This document shows positions 59,269-64,000 of a stretch of DNA of 64,000 nucleotides, piece by piece. The DNA is from Candidatus Latescibacterota bacterium. GTDB taxonomy: Bacteria; Latescibacterota; UBA2968. How positions within the stretch are numbered: the first letter of the stretch is position 1; each line of letters begins with the position of its first letter. The notes below the pieces were generated by a model, which was given only the letters and a program-made list of their open reading frames with translations, was not told the DNA's origin and ran no database searches. The translations under genes were made by a program, and so were the position numbers. The stretch is from assembly GCA_965222605.1 (NCBI GenBank), contig OZ244960.1:2592001-2656000 (forward strand), written 5' to 3'.

Positions 59269-60780
59269 ATGTCCGACCAAAAAGAAGCCCTCATCATCGT
59301 AGATCAGCCCACCGCACTGGGCCGCGACCTGCGCGCCGAACTCGAAGAACTCGGCTGGCAAACCCTCGTGACCAACAGCGTGCGCCCCGCCAGAAAACTG
59401 CTCTCTGAAAACCAGTTTGACCTGCTCATCCTGGACGAAACCATATTGCCCGAAGTGCAACTCGCCGACATATTATCTGAGCGGTCTGAAACACTCCCCG
59501 TCTTCGTAATCACCACGCAAGACGGCTCACAACTCCAAACAGCACCCTCATTAGACCCCGATGCCCTGCTCTCCTATCCACTCATCCCCGCAGAATTGCA
59601 GGACGCCCTGCGTCAAAAACGCACCCGGCCCGACACCACCATCCTGGGACGCTCAAACGCCATGCAACAAATCCGGGAAAGCGTAGCCCAAATCGCGCCC
59701 ACCCCCGTCAGCGTACTCATCACAGGCGAAAGCGGCTCCGGAAAAAACCTCATCGCCGAAGCCCTCCACCGGCAAAGCGCGCGCAGCGACGAACCATTTC
59801 TCATCATCAACTGCGGCGCAATACCCGAAACCCTCCTCGAAAGCGAACTCTTCGGCCACGAAAAAGGCGCGTTTACCGACGCACGCACACAGCGATCTGG
59901 CATCTTTGAAGCCGCCAACCGCGGCACCGTCTTCCTCGATGAAATCGGCGAAATGTCGCTCTCTGCACAGGTGCGCTTATTGCGCGTTCTCGACGCCAAA
60001 GAAGTCACCCGCCTGGGCAACACCGCCCCAATAGCCGTTGACGTCCGCGTCATAGCCGCCACCAATCGCGACCTGCAACAAGCCGTTGCCTTTCGGCAAG
60101 ACCTCTACCAGCGCCTTCGCGTCATCGAAATCGAAATACCCCCACTGCGCGCCCATCCCCAGGACATCCCCCTCATCGCACAAAACATCATCCAAAAACA
60201 AAGCGACGACCTCCGCATGCCCCCCATTGAATTCGCGCCCGACGCGATGAACGCACTACAACAGTATTACTGGCCCGGCAATGTGCGGGAACTCATCAAC
60301 CTCATCGAACGCCTCATGGTCTTATCCAAAACCCGACAAATATCCGCCCTGGACCTCGCACAATACCTCGACACATCTCCCGTGACAGAACCATCTTATC
60401 TGCCCGTCCTCGCGGGTAAAACACCCGCAGAATCCGATCGCGATTTGCTCTATTGGGCAATACTCGAAGTCGCCAAAGACATCAAAGAACTCAAAGCCTA
60501 TCTGATGCAAAGCTGGCAAACATCGCCCCCGCCATCTCTTCCCGTCCCCATCTATGACACACCCATAGAAGACACGGAAATAGGATACACAGAAACAGAA
60601 GTAGAGGCAGGTTTCAAACCTGCCTCTACCGAAAAAGACATACGCCCACTGCGAGACCTCGAACGCGAAGCCATCGCCAATGCCCTGCGCATAACCGGCG
60701 GACACCGCGAACGCACCGCAAAACTCCTCGGCATGGCCGTACGCACCCTCTATCGGAAGATTGATCAATACGATTTGTAA
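59269..60780 (+). CDS. Sigma-54-dependent Fis-family transcriptional activator with degenerate receiver domain
   Basis: GESGSGK, ESELFGHEKGAFTDA, FLDEIGE, WPGNVREL, C-terminal Fis HTH. Confidence 0.92.
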   Translation: MSDQKEALIIVDQPTALGRDLRAELEELGWQTLVTNSVRPARKLLSENQFDLLILDETILPEVQLADILSERSETLPVFVITTQDGSQLQTAPSLDPDALLSYPLIPAELQDALRQKRTRPDTTILGRSNAMQQIRESVAQIAPTPVSVLITGESGSGKNLIAEALHRQSARSDEPFLIINCGAIPETLLESELFGHEKGAFTDARTQRSGIFEAANRGTVFLDEIGEMSLSAQVRLLRVLDAKEVTRLGNTAPIAVDVRVIAATNRDLQQAVAFRQDLYQRLRVIEIEIPPLRAHPQDIPLIAQNIIQKQSDDLRMPPIEFAPDAMNALQQYYWPGNVRELINLIERLMVLSKTRQISALDLAQYLDTSPVTEPSYLPVLAGKTPAESDRDLLYWAILEVAKDIKELKAYLMQSWQTSPPPSLPVPIYDTPIEDTEIGYTETEVEAGFKPASTEKDIRPLRDLEREAIANALRITGGHRERTAKLLGMAVRTLYRKIDQYDL

Positions 60781-60784
60781 TGAC

Positions 60785-61004
60785 GGGCGGGCACGGGGAC
60801 CCGCCCCTACATCTGACTGTGTACGCGTAGGGGACGGCCCCTGTGCCGTCCCGAATGCCTCCGATTCTCGGAACCATCCAATAGGGTCGTGGGTCTAATC
60901 GTGGGAAAAATACGACGGGCGAAATGTTCTCACCCAATCGGGCGAGGCATGCCTCGCCCCTACATTCATTTCATCTGCGTTCATCTGCGTTCATCTGTGG
61001 ATCA
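60785..61004. repeat. Repeat cluster (C, B reverse, variant, A, family E)
   Basis: 60785-60810, 60827-60852, 60940-60963, 60970-61004. Confidence 0.85.
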
Positions 61005-61027
61005 CACTTCAAAAAGGAGTTATCGCT

Positions 61028-62503
61028 ATGAAACACCGCACGATCGCGCTATTGAGCCTCATCGCACTGCTATCGTCCGCATTCTTAAATACAACGGGCG
61101 AAGCCGCAATCACAGCCGAAGAAAAACGAGCCATTGCCCAACTCAGAGCTTATAACACCGCCTTCAAAGCCATCGCGCGAGAAGTCACCCCATCGGTCGT
61201 AACCATCAACGTCACCCTCAAAGCAGAGGACATGCCCCGCCGCCACAACTTCCCCTTCCCCTTTGAATTTGAAGAAAGGCCCAATCGAAGGCCAGACCGA
61301 AGACCACAAATGCCAGACCCACAAACCACGGGATCGGGCATTGTCATAACCGCCGACGGCTACATACTCACCAACCACCACGTCGCGGGCAACGCCGATA
61401 AACTCACCGTCACCTTCAGCGACAACCGCGAATACGACGCCGAACTCGTCGGCTCGGACCCCCGCACCGACATTGCCGTAATCAAAATTGACGCCACAGG
61501 ACTAAAACCCGCCACCATTGGCAAATCAGACGCCGTTGAAATTGGCGAATGGGTACTCGCCATAGGCGCGCCCCTCAACCTCAAATCCACAGTCACAGCG
61601 GGCATCGTGAGCGCCGTTGGCCGCAACATCGGCATCCTTCAGAACAACGACCGCTTCACCGTCGAAGACTTCATCCAAACCGACGCCGCCATCAACCCCG
61701 GCAACTCGGGCGGCGCCCTCGTCAACCTCAACGGCGAAGTCATCGGCGTCAACACAGCCATAGCCACATCCAACCGATCCTTTATCGGCTATGGCTTTGC
61801 AGTACCTATTGACCTCGCCAAAAAAGTAATGGACGACATCGTCAAACACGGCAAAGTCAAACGCGGTTATATCGGCATTAGCCTCAGCACCGTAGATGCG
61901 GGCACAGCAGAGGCTTTTGGACTCGATCGCCCCAAAGGCGTGCTCATCAACGCCATCCTGCCCAACACCCCAGCCGCAAAAGCCAACCTGGAAGAAGGCG
62001 ACATCATCCTCTCAGTAGATGGTCAACTCGTCAATCGCTCCAACCAGCTCCAGAGCCTGGTAGCCCGCAAACACCCGGGCGACACCGTAACACTCGCCGT
62101 GCGGCGCAACACCGAAAATTTGACCGTGCGCGTCACCCTGGATGAACGCCTGCCCAATGAATTGACCAGCGCAACCGACGCGCCTTCAGAAGAAGAAAAT
62201 GCATCCGCTTCAGAAATCGGCCTGACCGTCCACGACATCACCGCGAAAATGATCGAAGAATACGGCATCGCTGAAAAGACCAGAGGCGTGGTCGTCACCG
62301 AGGTCTCTCGCGAAGCGCGCAACGCCGGCTTTAGCGAAGGCGACATCATCTATGGCGTGCGTCAAGTTCCCTATAAAAAAGACATAAAAACAGTCCTCGA
62401 CTTTGAACTCGCCGTATCCAAACTCAAAAAGGGGAAAAACGCCGCATTTTCCGTCATGAACGGAGACAACCGTCGCTTCTTGTCCCTGAAAATCCCGGAG
62501 TGA
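61028..62503 (+). CDS. degP: Do/DegP (HtrA) periplasmic serine endoprotease with two PDZ domains
   Basis: GSGI, LTNHHV, DIAV, IQTDAAINPGNSGG. Confidence 0.93.
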   Translation: MKHRTIALLSLIALLSSAFLNTTGEAAITAEEKRAIAQLRAYNTAFKAIAREVTPSVVTINVTLKAEDMPRRHNFPFPFEFEERPNRRPDRRPQMPDPQTTGSGIVITADGYILTNHHVAGNADKLTVTFSDNREYDAELVGSDPRTDIAVIKIDATGLKPATIGKSDAVEIGEWVLAIGAPLNLKSTVTAGIVSAVGRNIGILQNNDRFTVEDFIQTDAAINPGNSGGALVNLNGEVIGVNTAIATSNRSFIGYGFAVPIDLAKKVMDDIVKHGKVKRGYIGISLSTVDAGTAEAFGLDRPKGVLINAILPNTPAAKANLEEGDIILSVDGQLVNRSNQLQSLVARKHPGDTVTLAVRRNTENLTVRVTLDERLPNELTSATDAPSEEENASASEIGLTVHDITAKMIEEYGIAEKTRGVVVTEVSREARNAGFSEGDIIYGVRQVPYKKDIKTVLDFELAVSKLKKGKNAAFSVMNGDNRRFLSLKIPE

Positions 62504-63642
62504 GGACCCACATAATGAACGAACCCAGCGAAGCGCGGCTCATGATTGCCGCCAGCGAAACCGACGCCGACATGTACTATGCCACGCGCTTTCTCGCGCC
62601 CGACCCCTTCATCTTCTTTCAAATCGGCGCGGAAAAACACCTCCTCATGTCCGACCTGGAACGCGACCGCGCGCGTGCACAAGCGCAAGTCGATCGCGTA
62701 CTCTCCCTATCGGAATACCAGGAAAAAGCAAAAAAAAATGACGAAGAACCCTCTCAAATCGATGCCTTACACGAAGTACTACAAGAAAAAAATATCAACC
62801 ACCTGAACGTCCCCCGCGCCTTTTCCATTGCCACAGCAGACGATCTGCGCGAACGCGGCTACACAGTGGAATTTCCAAAAGGCGCGTATTGGCCCGAGCG
62901 AGAGATCAAAACCCCTGGTGAAATCGCATATATTCGCGAAGTACAACAACACACCGAAATGGCAATGGACGCCGCAATAACCCTCATCCGCAACTCGGAA
63001 ATTCGCGGCGACATCCTCTACCACAACGGCGAACCCCTCACATCGGAAACCGTCAAACGCGAAATTAAATTTCTCCTCCTTGAACGCGACTGCACAGCCG
63101 GTCACACCATCGTCGCCGGTGGCGATCAAGCCTGCGACCCTCACAACGAAGGCAGCGGACCCCTGCACGCGCACCAGGCCATCATTATCGACATCTTTCC
63201 GCGATCAAATATCACCGGCTATTTCGCCGACCTCACCCGCACCGTCGTCAAAGACGAACCCTCTGCCGAACTCCAGAACATCTACGACGCGGTACTCGCA
63301 GGACAAAACCTCGTCCTCGACAGCATCCGCGCAGACGCAGACGGCCAGGCCATCCATCGAGCACTCACAGAACTATTTGAAAACCGCAACTTTGAAACCG
63401 GCAACATAGACGGCCGAATGCAGGGATTCTTCCACGGCACCGGCCACGGCCTGGGCCTTGAAATCCACGAACCCCCGCGCATTGGCAAAACCCCGGAAAA
63501 CCTCCGCGCCGGACACATCATCACCGTTGAACCGGGCCTCTATTATCCCGGTCGAGGTGCCGTACGCATCGAAGACCTCGCCGTCGTCACCGAAGACGGA
63601 CTCGACAATTTAACGACCTATCCGAAGTTTCTGGAGGTTTAA
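62500..63642 (+). CDS. Xaa-Pro aminopeptidase (M24B)
   Basis: IDIFP, ADLTRT, HGTGHGLGLEIHE, TVEPGLY, VRIED; start GTG 62500 or ATG 62515. Confidence 0.92.
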   Translation: MRTHIMNEPSEARLMIAASETDADMYYATRFLAPDPFIFFQIGAEKHLLMSDLERDRARAQAQVDRVLSLSEYQEKAKKNDEEPSQIDALHEVLQEKNINHLNVPRAFSIATADDLRERGYTVEFPKGAYWPEREIKTPGEIAYIREVQQHTEMAMDAAITLIRNSEIRGDILYHNGEPLTSETVKREIKFLLLERDCTAGHTIVAGGDQACDPHNEGSGPLHAHQAIIIDIFPRSNITGYFADLTRTVVKDEPSAELQNIYDAVLAGQNLVLDSIRADADGQAIHRALTELFENRNFETGNIDGRMQGFFHGTGHGLGLEIHEPPRIGKTPENLRAGHIITVEPGLYYPGRGAVRIEDLAVVTEDGLDNLTTYPKFLEV

Positions 63643-63999
63643 TCATGCCCTCGGATGAAATGTCCGATGCACCTCCTTCAAATACTCCCGGTCAACATGC
63701 GTATAAATCTGCGTGGTTGAAATATCTGCATGCCCCAGCATCTCTTGAACCGCCCGCAAATCTGCGCCCCCCTCCAGCAAATGCGTCGCAAAAGAATGCC
63801 GCAGCGTATGCGGACTCACCTTCTTCTCCAAACCCGCCAGCACCACATATTGCCGCAACAACTTCCACACCCCCATCCGCGACAACATCGCACCTCGAAA
63901 ATTCAAAAACACCTCAGCCCCCGTATGTGGCCTGGCCAACTCTGGACGCACCGCATGCAAATACTCGGTTACCCAATCAATACCCTCTGACCCAATCGG
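63643..63999 (-). CDS. xerD: Site-specific tyrosine recombinase XerD (5' truncated by window)
   Basis: [41 protein letters not shown]; frame open to the window edge. Confidence 0.88.
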   Translation of the reverse strand, partial: PIGSEGIDWVTEYLHAVRPELARPHTGAEVFLNFRGAMLSRMGVWKLLRQYVVLAGLEKKVSPHTLRHSFATHLLEGGADLRAVQEMLGHADISTTQIYTHVDREYLKEVHRTFHPRA

Positions 64000-64000
64000 C

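Noticed and set aside
63643-64000. Phage or island integrase
   Set aside because: Sequence matches the housekeeping XerD C-terminus and has no mobile-element context.

Overview
Bacterial chromosomal window with no rRNA, tRNA or CRISPR array detected. Gene content suggests an FCB-group Gram-negative lineage such as Latescibacterota/Handelsmanbacteria-like marine or sponge bacteria (inference). The evidence is three Cys-type sulfatases, a formylglycine-generating enzyme, proteins with FlgD-Ig/T9SS-like C-termini, EF-hand dockerin-like modules and UBact. Core genes: gpmI, TRAP dctP/dctQM, ispE-rplY-pth-hppA-rpsF-rpsR-rplI, degP, an Xaa-Pro peptidase and xerD. Highlights: (1) a complete UBact-proteasome operon (arc-dop-ubact-prcB-prcA-pafA, 25420-32115). 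(2) An 11 kb operon of three large acidic secreted proteins with cohesin-like, dockerin-like and FlgD modules, behind a perfect TTGACA-17-TATAAT promoter and a ~440 nt structured leader; two dockerin-bearing enzymes elsewhere in the window suggest a cellulosome-like or S-layer docking system. (3) An invasive family of GTAG-type REP palindromes. It supplies the TAG stop of five genes, sits in frame in a TPR protein, Pth and a sigma-54 activator, and marks the truncation of ribosomal protein L9. (4) A 10-mer tandem element in sense orientation upstream of six unrelated genes. (5) An internally deleted IS256 element, several TA modules and a probable S6:S18 leader RNA. All family assignments come from motif recognition by eye, not from database searches.
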